From: an uncultured Nannocystaceae bacterium
GTDB lineage: Bacteria; Myxococcota_A; Polyangia; Nannocystales; Nannocystaceae
Assembly: GCA_964519175.1 (NCBI GenBank)
Contig: CAZFKC010000020.1
Coordinates: forward strand, 31,963-95,962
Direction: 5' to 3'
DNA: 64,000 bases
The notes below the pieces were generated by a model. That model was not told where the DNA came from. It searched no databases and saw only the letters and a list, made by a program, of their open reading frames with translations. A program made the position numbers and the translations under genes. Positions 9,122 to 17,245 of the stretch are shown here, piece after piece (positions within the stretch are counted from its first letter, which is position 1; each line of letters starts with the position of its first letter).

Positions 9122-10472
9122 GCCCAAGCGGATCTCGTACGCGCCGACCGAGGGGCTCTCCTACGACCCCTCGGACGCGGTGTACTGGGACGAGGATGCC
9201 CTCGATGGCGAGCTCGAGCGCGTCTTCGAGATCTGTCACGGCTGTCGCATGTGCTTCAAGTACTGCGACAGCTTCCCGATCCTGTTCAAGTCGATCGACG
9301 ACGAGTGCGACGGCGACGTCCGCAAGCTGCCGAAGCTGCGCGTCGAGCAGGTGATGGACGCGTGCTTCCAGTGCAAGCTCTGCGAGGTCCAGTGCCCGTA
9401 CACGCCGCGTGACGGGCATGCGTTCCAGCTCGACTTCCCGAAGCTCGTGCATCGCCACGCGGCGATCCGCAAGAAGCAGCGGCGACCGACGCTGCAGGAG
9501 TTCGCGCTGCGCGACCCCGACCTGACCGGTGCGGCCGCGCGTGCGAGCCTCGGCATCGCCAACGCGGCCAACAAGGTCGCGCTGCACCGGTGGTTCCTCG
9601 AGAAGGTGCTCGGCATCCATCGCGACAAGCTGCTGCCCGAGTTCGCGGGCACGACGTTCGAGCACTGGGCTGAGCGCGAAGGCCTCTGCGATGCCGGTCC
9701 CGGCGGCGAGGCCGTGCTGTTCCAGACCTGCTACGTGCAGCACAACGAGCCCGACATCGGGCGCGACACGGTGTTCGTGCTGCGCAAGAACCAGATCGAT
9801 CTCCGCTGCGAGCGCGGGCTCGAGTGCTGCGGGATGCCGGCGTGGGAGCGCGGCGATCTGGATCTGGTGCGCGAGAAGGCCCGCACGAACCTCGACCGGC
9901 TCATGCCGCACGTCGATGCGGGCAGCAAGGTGGTCGCGATCAACCCCACCTGCTCGATGATGCTGCGCCGCGAGTGGCCCGAGCTCGTCGGTGGCGACGA
10001 CCGCGAGCGCGCGCGCAAGCTGGCCGCCGCGGTGGTCGACCCCAGCGAGTACCTGTGGTCGATCCGCAACGAGCCGCGCTTCGCCGGCGAGTTCGCCAGC
10101 TCGCCGGGCGGCAAGGTCGCCTATCACGCGCCGTGCCACCTGCGGGCCCAGGGCGTGGGCTTCAAGGGCCGAGATCTGCTGCGCAAGCTGCCGGGCGTGC
10201 AGCCGGCCACCGTCATGGAATGCTGTGGCCACGATGGCACGCACGCGATGACGGTCGAGGGCTTCGAGTACTCGCAGCGCGTGGGCAAGCGCGCGTTCGA
10301 GGGCATGGCCGAAGCGGGCGCGGAGATCTGGGCCACCGACTGCCCGCTCGCGGCGCTGCAGTTCGCGCAGCACGCGGGGCGCAAGCCGATGCACCCGATG
10401 TCGATCCTCGCGCGCGCCTACCGAGGCGAGCCGTTCCACGCCGCGAAGACCGGCGAGAAGGTGCCGCCATGA
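9108..10472 (+). CDS. (Fe-S)-binding oxidoreductase, HdrD/GlpC-like with CCG domains, 454 aa
   Basis: Two ferredoxin-type cluster motifs ([11 protein letters not shown] and [12 protein letters not shown]) and two Cys-rich CCG-type motifs (ECCGMP and ECCGHDG). ATG 9108 overlaps the rubrerythrin 3' end by 14 nt. Confidence 0.85.
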   Translation: MASAEPKRISYAPTEGLSYDPSDAVYWDEDALDGELERVFEICHGCRMCFKYCDSFPILFKSIDDECDGDVRKLPKLRVEQVMDACFQCKLCEVQCPYTPRDGHAFQLDFPKLVHRHAAIRKKQRRPTLQEFALRDPDLTGAAARASLGIANAANKVALHRWFLEKVLGIHRDKLLPEFAGTTFEHWAEREGLCDAGPGGEAVLFQTCYVQHNEPDIGRDTVFVLRKNQIDLRCERGLECCGMPAWERGDLDLVREKARTNLDRLMPHVDAGSKVVAINPTCSMMLRREWPELVGGDDRERARKLAAAVVDPSEYLWSIRNEPRFAGEFASSPGGKVAYHAPCHLRAQGVGFKGRDLLRKLPGVQPATVMECCGHDGTHAMTVEGFEYSQRVGKRAFEGMAEAGAEIWATDCPLAALQFAQHAGRKPMHPMSILARAYRGEPFHAAKTGEKVPP

Positions 10473-11026
10473 GACCGGTCGATCGCAGCGAGATCCTCGA
10501 CTGGATGACCTACGACGAGCGCCGCGACGAGCTGCGCCCGGGCGTGCTGGCGATCAAGGCCGCGCGCCGCGTGCAGGTCGGCGACGCGTTCACGTTCCTG
10601 TTCGAGAACCGCGACACCGTGCGCTACCAGGTGCAGGAGATGATGCGCACCGAGCGAATCGTGCGCGAGGCCGACGTGCTGCACGAGCTCACGACCTACA
10701 ACGAGCTGCTCGGCGGTACGGGCGAGCTCGGCTGCACGCTGCTCATCGGCATCGACGACGAGCGCGAGCGGGCCACGAAGCTCGTGGAGTGGATCCGCCT
10801 GCCCTACCACGTCTACGCGCGGCTGCCCGACGGCTCGCTGGTGCGCCCGCGCTTCGACCCGCGCCAGGTGGGCGAGGAGCGGCTCTCGTCGGTGCAGTAC
10901 TTCAAGCTGGCCGTGGGTCAGGCCGCGCCGGTGGCGATCGGCGTGGACCTGCCGGGCTTGTCGGTGGAGTCCGAGCTCGACGCGGTCACGCGCGCGGCGC
11001 TCCAGGCCGATCTCGACGACACGTAG
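10469..11026 (+). CDS. DUF3501 family protein, 185 aa
   Basis: The ATG at 10469 overlaps the upstream stop codon (ATGA). The sequence [19 protein letters not shown]...VRYQVQEMMRTERI matches my recollection of DUF3501, which usually follows rubrerythrin and a CCG Fe-S protein. Confidence 0.75.
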   Translation: MRPVDRSEILDWMTYDERRDELRPGVLAIKAARRVQVGDAFTFLFENRDTVRYQVQEMMRTERIVREADVLHELTTYNELLGGTGELGCTLLIGIDDERERATKLVEWIRLPYHVYARLPDGSLVRPRFDPRQVGEERLSSVQYFKLAVGQAAPVAIGVDLPGLSVESELDAVTRAALQADLDDT

Positions 11027-11259
11027 CGGCCGCACGCGTCGCAGCAGGGGGTCGCGTGGGCACGGCGATGCGTCTCGGACAGGAGGCACACCCCGCCGAA
11101 GAGCAGCACGGGGATGATCCCGATGATCATCGGGCCGATGAGCGACGCGCCGAGCACCGAGAGCCCCGCATAGCCCCAGGCACCGGCATGCGCGACGCGC
11201 CAGAGCGGGTTGGGAAGGGTGACGGCGACGGCGTTGCAGTGCGGGCAGCGAGCGGTCAT
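10918..11259 (-). CDS. small membrane protein with split CxxC pairs, 113 aa
   Basis: MTARCPHCNAV...two hydrophobic helices...CCDACGRYV, with high GC3. It is divergent from the TetR gene, with palindromic operators in between. The 3' 109 nt overlap the DUF3501 gene, so the real end is uncertain. Confidence 0.45.
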   Translation of the reverse strand: MTARCPHCNAVAVTLPNPLWRVAHAGAWGYAGLSVLGASLIGPMIIGIIPVLLFGGVCLLSETHRRAHATPCCDACGRYVSSRSAWSAARVTASSSDSTDKPGRSTPIATGAA

Positions 11260-11269
11260 GATCTCGTTT

Positions 11270-11308
11270 CCTATCGTTCGATAGGCTCTTACCTATCGAG
11301 TGATAGGT
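11270..11308. promoter_or_regulatory. two palindromic operator candidates (CCTATC/GATAGG arms) in the TetR divergent promoter region
   Basis: CCTATCG-TT-CGATAGG at 11270-11285 and ACCTATC-GAGT-GATAGGT at 11291-11308. This is an AT-richer island between the small gene start (11259) and the TetR start (11364). Confidence 0.6.
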
Positions 11309-11363
11309 CGGCAAGAAGCGCGTGCGCCCAGCTCCACTTTCGCGTGTGATTCCAACGACTCCG

Positions 11364-12023
11364 ATGGCCCGCCGCAGCCCCCCTGCCCCGCCGACCCCGG
11401 CCCCACGCGCAGCGCCCGCAGATCGCAAGCGCGAGGTCCTCGAAGCCGCGCTCGAGCTCATCGCCGAGCACGGCTACGCCGGCGCGTCGCTGCGCAAGCT
11501 CGCGGCGAAGCTCGGCATCGCCCAGCCCAGCCTCTACCACTACTTCCGCAGCAAGGAGGAGCTCGTCGAGCAGGTGATCGAGACCTTCGCCGGCGACATG
11601 CTCGCGCTCGGTCCGCGCGTCGTGCCGACGAAGCTCGACGACGTGCCGGCGATGATCCGCGACCTCACCTTCGAGCTGTACGAGCACGACACGCATCCCT
11701 TGTTCGTGCGCACGCTCTTCGCGGTCTCGCGCACCCACCCGCGCTGGGGCCGGCTCTTGCGCGAGATCTTCGTGGACCGGGTCGAGACCTCGATGCGGCT
11801 GCTCGCGCAACCGTTCGTGCAGCGGGGCGAGATCGACGAGCAAGAGGCGATCTGGCTCGCGCGCATGACCGTCAACGCGCTCGGGCTCAAGCTCATGGAG
11901 GAACGCGTGCTCTTCGAGGCGCGCGCGATCGGTCCCGAGGTGCGGGCCTACGGCGACTTCGTGGTGGCGACGATGCGCGACGTCATCGCGACGATGCTGC
12001 GGCGACGTCGCGCTCGCGGCTGA
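11364..12023 (+). CDS. TetR/AcrR family transcriptional regulator, 219 aa
   Basis: HTH segment REVLEAALELIAEHGYAGASLRKLAAKLGIAQPSLYHYFRSKEELV. Start taken at ATG 11364. The ORF track starts at 11322. Confidence 0.85.
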   Translation: MARRSPPAPPTPAPRAAPADRKREVLEAALELIAEHGYAGASLRKLAAKLGIAQPSLYHYFRSKEELVEQVIETFAGDMLALGPRVVPTKLDDVPAMIRDLTFELYEHDTHPLFVRTLFAVSRTHPRWGRLLREIFVDRVETSMRLLAQPFVQRGEIDEQEAIWLARMTVNALGLKLMEERVLFEARAIGPEVRAYGDFVVATMRDVIATMLRRRRARG

Positions 12024-12597
12024 GCCACCCGAGCAAGAGCGCTGCACCGAGCACGACGTCGACCGCGATGCCGAGCTCGATCCCGGCGAAGCGCTGCAGC
12101 CGGCACCAGGCCGCGACACCGGCGATCACGAGCGCGCCCCAGCGCACCGTGCTCGCCAGCGAGAGCCCCTTGCCGCCGGGCGCACGCGAGCCCGAGCGCG
12201 CGTACGCGATGGCCCCGACGACCGCGAAGCCGAAGAGCGGCAGCGCAGCGATCGCACGACCCTCGCGCCACACCACGAACGCGACGAGCAGGAGCTGGCC
12301 GTGCACGAGGCCGATCGGCGTGCGCACGATCTCGACCGCGAGCGCGCGCAGCCGTGGGCTGGCGACGATCGCCACCGCGAGGCCGAACAGGAACGGGGAG
12401 CCGAACCCGGCCAGCATCATCAGCGCGCTCAAGAACCCGTGCTCGAGCTCGGCGCGCAGCATCGCGAGGAACGAGCGACCGTCGGGTCGCAGCGGCAGCG
12501 CGGCGGCCAGTGCGATCACGGCACCACACACGTGGGCGAGTGGACGCAGCGTCTCGGGCTCCGGGTCGCGCGCGGCTGTCGGTGCGTCCTCGTCCAT
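11983..12597 (-). CDS. hypothetical polytopic membrane protein, 204 aa
   Basis: Start at ATG 12597 (MDEDAPTAARD), followed by about five hydrophobic helices. The remaining upstream part of ORF 11983..13149 is Arg-rich junk. It overlaps the TetR 3' end by 41 nt. Confidence 0.55.
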   Translation of the reverse strand: MDEDAPTAARDPEPETLRPLAHVCGAVIALAAALPLRPDGRSFLAMLRAELEHGFLSALMMLAGFGSPFLFGLAVAIVASPRLRALAVEIVRTPIGLVHGQLLLVAFVVWREGRAIAALPLFGFAVVGAIAYARSGSRAPGGKGLSLASTVRWGALVIAGVAAWCRLQRFAGIELGIAVDVVLGAALLLGWLSRERDVAAASSR

Positions 12598-12636
12598 CGC
12601 GACATCATCGCATGGACTCTTGCTAAGCTGGTCGGC

Positions 12637-13509
12637 ATGGGCGACGCCGCGCGCGTGGTGCTCGGGCCTGTGCTCGCCGCGATCGTCTGCGCGTCGGCGT
12701 GCGCCGCGGGCGGCCGGGGCGGCGGGGGCTCGCTCTCGGGCGCGGTGACGATCGGCGAGGCGAGCAGCAGCGAGACCGGTGCGCCTGCGAGCTCCGAGAC
12801 CAGCAGCAGCGCGTCCACGGACGCCACCGGCGCGCCCGAGACGAGCGAGGGCGCGACGACGACGGCGGATCCGACCGAGGGTGTCGACACCGACTGCGAG
12901 GAGACCGCGTGGTACCTCGACAGCGATGGTGACGGTCGCGGCGATCCGCTCGCCACCACGATCGCCTGCATGCCACCGCCCGGCTACGTGCCGTTCGGGG
13001 ACGACTGCGACGACGCCGATGCGACGCGCAACCCCAGCGCCGAGGAGATCTGCGATGCGATCGACAACGATTGCGACGCGCTCGTCGACGAGGCCACCGC
13101 CGCGAACACGTCGTGCAACGGCTGCGCGCTGTTCGACATCGCCGGGCACAGCTATGCGCTCTGTGCCGCGGGCGCTGCGTTCGATGCGGCCCGCACCACG
13201 TGTGCGAGCTTCGGCGGCGACCTGGTGCGGCTCGACGACGAGGCCGAGCTCGCGGCCGTCGTCGCGTTGCCCGAGCCGCCCGCGGGTCCCGGCGGTGGCT
13301 GGCTCCTCGGCCTCTCCGACACGGCGAGCGAGGGCACGTTCGTGTGGATCGACGGCGGTGGGCTCGACTTCACGAGCTGGAACGCCGGCGAGCCCAACGA
13401 TGCGGCCGGCAACGAGGACTGCGCGGAGATGGATATGGCAGCCGGGATCTGGAACGACATCCCGTGCGCCGACCCGCGCGCGTTCATCTGCGAATCACCG
13501 GCGCCGTGA
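12637..13509 (+). CDS. lipoprotein with a MopE-like Cys/Asp metal-binding motif and a C-type lectin domain, 290 aa
   Basis: Lipobox-like leader, a Ser/Thr-rich linker, DCDDADATRNPSAEEICDAIDNDCDALVDE, then a C-type lectin signature WLGLSD...EGTFVWIDG...WNAGEPND...EDCAEM...WNDIPC. Confidence 0.8.
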   Translation: MGDAARVVLGPVLAAIVCASACAAGGRGGGGSLSGAVTIGEASSSETGAPASSETSSSASTDATGAPETSEGATTTADPTEGVDTDCEETAWYLDSDGDGRGDPLATTIACMPPPGYVPFGDDCDDADATRNPSAEEICDAIDNDCDALVDEATAANTSCNGCALFDIAGHSYALCAAGAAFDAARTTCASFGGDLVRLDDEAELAAVVALPEPPAGPGGGWLLGLSDTASEGTFVWIDGGGLDFTSWNAGEPNDAAGNEDCAEMDMAAGIWNDIPCADPRAFICESPAP

Positions 13510-13976
13510 CGGCGCCGCGGCACGGCGCCGCCAGTCGTCATCGTGGGGCGGCTTACGCCCGGACGCCCGCTCGAAGAGATCGAACTTTTCTCGACCGACG
13601 TCCGGAAAAATCTCCGGAGGGGGCGTCTCAGGTTTCAGCTCTCGCCGAAGGGTCGGGAGCCCGGCCGACCGGGGTGGATGCGGAAGGGGGGGATCCCCGG
13701 TCGGCCAGGCCACACGCGACGCCCTCCGTATAGCAAACGGGCTGGGGTTGCGGTAGAGCTGCGCACCGTGGCGGCCCTCGCCCGAACGCGCAAACGCCCG
13801 CGCTCGGCGACCCGCCGCGGCACAGACGGAGTTCGCACTCCGTGTGCGGATGGGGGGTGCTCGGGCCGCTCGGGCCGCCATCCGCGGGGTGCGCAGGGCG
13901 CCCCACGGTGCACGGAGCGTAAGCAGGCCGCGGCTCACGTCGGTTCGCCTACAGGGTTGGCAGCAACGGGCGTTGC
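13510..13976. other. 467 bp non-coding, hairpin-dense region (candidate structured leader or sRNA)
   Basis: The only ORF here (13543..13980) has many A/T-ending codons, unlike real genes in this window. Consecutive stems lie at 13663-13706 (12 bp perfect), 13820-13847, 13846-13885 and 13886-13904. Confidence 0.4.
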
Positions 13977-16259
13977 ATGACCTTGGCGACCCTCGTGGCT
14001 TTTGCCGCCCTGGCCTGGGCGGCGCCGGCGACGGGTCCACCCTCCGCCCCGCCGGTCACCGCCGAGCCGAGATCGTACCGGGCGATCCGCGTGGTCGACC
14101 CCATCGTGCTCGACGGCAAGGCGAAGGAGCGCACGTGGGCGATCGCCCCCGCGGACGATCGCTTCAGCGAGCGGCAACCCGATCTCGGCGCGACGCCACC
14201 GGTCCGCACGACGCTGCGCGTCGCATACGACGACCTCGCGCTCTACGTGCTGCTCGACTGCGAGTCGGATCCCGGCGACGTCATCGTTCGCACGCTGCGT
14301 CGCGACAACCCCGGCATCTTCTCCGACGACACCGTCTACGTGAAGGTCGATCCGCAGCACGATCGGCGCTCGGGCTACAGCTTCGGGGTCAACGCCGAGG
14401 GTGCGCAGATCGACTCGCTCGGGCTCGAGGACGGCCGCGAGTTCATCACCGAGTGGGACTCGGTGTGGACCGCAGAGGTCGAGCGGCGCCACGACGGCTA
14501 CACGGTCGAGTATCGCATCCCCTTCGCGATCCTGGGGCTCAAGCGCGCGTACGAGCGCACCATGGGCTTCGAGATCACGCGCGATCAGCCCAGCCGCAAC
14601 GCGACCTACGACTGGCGCCTCATCGTGCCCCCGCGCAGCCCCATGGCGGCGAGTCAGTTCGGCGAGCTCGAGGGCCTGAAGAACATCTCGGGTCAACGCG
14701 CGATCGAGATCACGCCCTACGCGCTCGCGCGCACGAACTTCCTGCGGGAGTTCACGGTCGATCCGGCGCGGCGTCCGAACCTGGCGGCGGGTAGCGACCT
14801 GCGCATCCAGATCGGCGCGGGCTCCTACGTCGAGGGCTCGCTGCTCACCGACTTCGCCCAGGTCGAGGCCGACGAGGTGCAGGTCGCTCGCGATCGCTTC
14901 CCGCTGTTCTTCCCCGAGCGGCGCCCGTTCTTCATCAACGGGCTCGAGGTGTTCAACTTCGGACGCGGGCGCGAGGCCCAGCTGTTCTTCTCGCGCCGCG
15001 TGGGGCTGGTCGGCGGCCAGCAGGTGCCGCTGCTCGGCGGCGCGAAGGTCTACGGCCGCACGCGCCTGGTCTCGTACGGGCTCTTGCACGTGCAGACGCT
15101 GGGCTCGCCGTCGGCGCCGCAGCGCAACCTCTCGGCCACCGATCCGACCAACGTCAGCGTCGCGCGCATCCGCCTGCAGGCCACGCGCATGTTCAACATC
15201 GGCATGATGATGCTCGGCGAGCACCGCTTCGGCGCGCCGCATGCCGACGACGCGGCGGGCGGCATCGATGCCCAGATCATCAGCCGCGATGGTCGGCTGC
15301 AGGCGTACGGCTTCGTCGCGAGCACGTGGGCGCAGAGCCCCGCGATCCCCGAGGAGCTCGACGAGGCGGGCATGGTCGCGCAGCCGAAGCAGCGCGCCCG
15401 CGATCCCATCGGCGCGAGCGCCTACTCGGCCCTGGAGTACCGCGGGCTGTTCGTGCGCCCGTCGCTGCTGTGGCTGTGGAGCGACCGCGACTTCACGCCG
15501 CGCATGGGTTTCTATCGGCGCACCGGCGCGTCACGCCAGGAAGTCGCGCTGGACTTCGCGCCGCGTCCGGGGGTGCTGGGCCTGCGCGAGATCGTGTTCG
15601 GCCCGCGCTACAGCCTCGAGACCACGCCCGAGTACGATCAACGGCTCGGCCAGGAAGCCAGCGCCCACGTCGCGCTCAACTGGAAGAACGGCAGCGAGAT
15701 CGACTACACGGTGTCGAACTACGTCGACCGCCTGCAGCAGGCGTTCACGCTCTACCTCTACGACGTCGACCCGAAGATCTACCGCGGCTTCCGACAGCGC
15801 ATCGGGTTCGGCACGCCCGAGCGCCGCGTGGTCGGCTTCAGCGCGGCGTACGAGGCGATCGCGATCTTCGGCGGCTTCGCGCACCAGCCGAGCGCGAGCC
15901 TCACGGTGCGCGCGGGCAAGCACTTCACGGCGGCCGCGTCCTACACCCACCTCGTCGGGCGCCTCGAGTCGCGCAGCGATCGCTTCGACTTCGGCTACGC
16001 GAACGCGAACATCGACGTCGCGATCAACCGCAACCTCGCGTTCGACACGCTGGGTCGACTCGATCTGTCGCCCGGCAACGGCCACGTCGGCCTGCAGTCG
16101 CGCTTCCGCTGGCGCTTCCAGCCCGGCAGCGACATCTTCCTCGTCTATCGCATGGACAACCCGCTCGGCGCCGATCCGCCGAACGGAATCCCGCGCACGC
16201 CGTTCCACGAGCTGACGCTCAAGTTCACCTACTACCTGCGCGCCTTCGTGAACCGTTAG
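13977..16259 (+). CDS. CBM9-like / DUF5916-type outer-membrane-associated protein, 760 aa
   Basis: Signal peptide, then an IVLDGKAKERTWAIAP...DDTVYVKVDP...GVNAEGAQID carbohydrate-binding-family-9-like N-domain, then a long beta-rich C-region. Confidence 0.75.
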   Translation: MTLATLVAFAALAWAAPATGPPSAPPVTAEPRSYRAIRVVDPIVLDGKAKERTWAIAPADDRFSERQPDLGATPPVRTTLRVAYDDLALYVLLDCESDPGDVIVRTLRRDNPGIFSDDTVYVKVDPQHDRRSGYSFGVNAEGAQIDSLGLEDGREFITEWDSVWTAEVERRHDGYTVEYRIPFAILGLKRAYERTMGFEITRDQPSRNATYDWRLIVPPRSPMAASQFGELEGLKNISGQRAIEITPYALARTNFLREFTVDPARRPNLAAGSDLRIQIGAGSYVEGSLLTDFAQVEADEVQVARDRFPLFFPERRPFFINGLEVFNFGRGREAQLFFSRRVGLVGGQQVPLLGGAKVYGRTRLVSYGLLHVQTLGSPSAPQRNLSATDPTNVSVARIRLQATRMFNIGMMMLGEHRFGAPHADDAAGGIDAQIISRDGRLQAYGFVASTWAQSPAIPEELDEAGMVAQPKQRARDPIGASAYSALEYRGLFVRPSLLWLWSDRDFTPRMGFYRRTGASRQEVALDFAPRPGVLGLREIVFGPRYSLETTPEYDQRLGQEASAHVALNWKNGSEIDYTVSNYVDRLQQAFTLYLYDVDPKIYRGFRQRIGFGTPERRVVGFSAAYEAIAIFGGFAHQPSASLTVRAGKHFTAAASYTHLVGRLESRSDRFDFGYANANIDVAINRNLAFDTLGRLDLSPGNGHVGLQSRFRWRFQPGSDIFLVYRMDNPLGADPPNGIPRTPFHELTLKFTYYLRAFVNR

Positions 16260-17140
16260 GTGCGCCACGACTTCGGGCGTTCGCGGAGCTCGGCCATGTC
16301 GGCGCTCTCGCACCACGCCTGCCAGCGCTCGCGATCGGCACCGCGCCAGCGCAGCGCATCGGGCGAGTCGAACAGCGGCACGTCCTCGACGAGTGTCGCC
16401 AGCTTCTTGTAGAGCAGCGCGTCGGCGCGCCGCGGCACGAGGTTGCTCGCGAGCCGATCGGCACCGCGCACCGCGACGTCCCACTTGCGGGGGTCGTCGG
16501 GAATCGCCTCGATGTGCACCCACCGCGCCAGCAACGCCGCCGAGGTCTTCTCGCCGAAGCCCGGGATGCCGGGGATTCCGTCCGCGGTGTCGCCGGTGAG
16601 CGCGAGCAGATCGGCGATGCTCTCGGGGCCCACGCCTCGGCGGGCCCGCAGCGCGGCCTCGTCGATCAGCTTGTTGCGCATGCGATCGATCTGCACGACC
16701 CGCTCGCCACGTACGCACTGTCCGAGGTCCTTGTCGGGGGTCAGGATGCGCACCTGCTCGGCCACGTCGCGCAGCTGGGCGGCCCCGCTCGCCAACGCAT
16801 CGTCCGCTTCCCAGCGATCCATCGACCACACGGTGATCCCCAGCGCAGCGGTCACCGCCTCGGCTTCGTCGAACTGTGCGAGCAGCTCGGGCGGCACCCC
16901 CTCTTCGGTCTTGTATCCCTCGAACAGATCGTTGCGAAACGAACGGATCGGGTTGTCGAACGCGACCGCGACGTGCGTCACGGCTTCGTTCGCGTCGTCG
17001 AGCAATCCGAGCAACGAGAACGCGATGCCGATGCACGCGGAGAGCGGACGTCCATCACGACCGACGCGAGGCGGTCGCGGCGCGAAGTGGGCGCGGAACA
17101 GCTCGTAGGTACCGTCGACGAGATGGACCCGGAACGACAC
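16256..17140 (-). CDS. 5'-3' exonuclease (FEN/PIN plus H3TH, Xni/ExoIX-like), 294 aa
   Basis: VHLVDGTYELFRA, AFDN...FRNDLFEGYK, EADDALA and the H3TH motif GDTADGIPGIPGFGEKTSAALL. Start taken at GTG 17140. The ORF track ATG at 17212 is an alternative. Confidence 0.85.
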   Translation of the reverse strand: MSFRVHLVDGTYELFRAHFAPRPPRVGRDGRPLSACIGIAFSLLGLLDDANEAVTHVAVAFDNPIRSFRNDLFEGYKTEEGVPPELLAQFDEAEAVTAALGITVWSMDRWEADDALASGAAQLRDVAEQVRILTPDKDLGQCVRGERVVQIDRMRNKLIDEAALRARRGVGPESIADLLALTGDTADGIPGIPGFGEKTSAALLARWVHIEAIPDDPRKWDVAVRGADRLASNLVPRRADALLYKKLATLVEDVPLFDSPDALRWRGADRERWQAWCESADMAELRERPKSWRT

Positions 17141-17245
17141 CGCGACATCATGCCAGCTTTGCCCTGCTACAATGCAGAGCGCGTGGAAGAGCAGCGGCCC
17201 GACGATCCCCACGTGCCGCCGCCGGAGAGCGCGAGCACGCTGGTG

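Noticed and set aside
13600-13660. Glycine-riboswitch-like fragments (CTCAGG, CGCCGAAGG).
   Set aside because: The order and spacing do not fit the aptamer consensus, there is no GGAGAG start, and the downstream gene is unrelated to glycine metabolism.
13729-13782. RNase P RNA-like strings (TAGCAAACGG ... GGTTGCGGTAGAGCTGCGCACC) that resemble E. coli M1 GCAAACCGCC and GGUGCGGUAAGAGCGCACC.
   Set aside because: The universally conserved CR-I (GGAAAGUCCGG) and CR-IV/V (ACAGAA.CCGGCUUA, AGAUGAAUG) are absent. The P12/J11-12 region that should separate the two strings is also missing, so the resemblance is probably chance.
13948-13976. TTGGCAGCAACGGGCGTTGCA just upstream of ATG 13977, which looks like a sigma-54 promoter.
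   Set aside because: The GG-to-GC spacing is 4 nt too long, and the element would sit directly on the start codon, leaving no leader or RBS.
13543-13980. A 145-codon ORF filling the large intergenic gap.
   Set aside because: Many codons end in A/T (CTT, GAA, AAA, AAT, TTT, TAT, GTA, ACA...), unlike genuine genes here. The peptide is Arg/Gly/Pro-rich with no recognisable motif.
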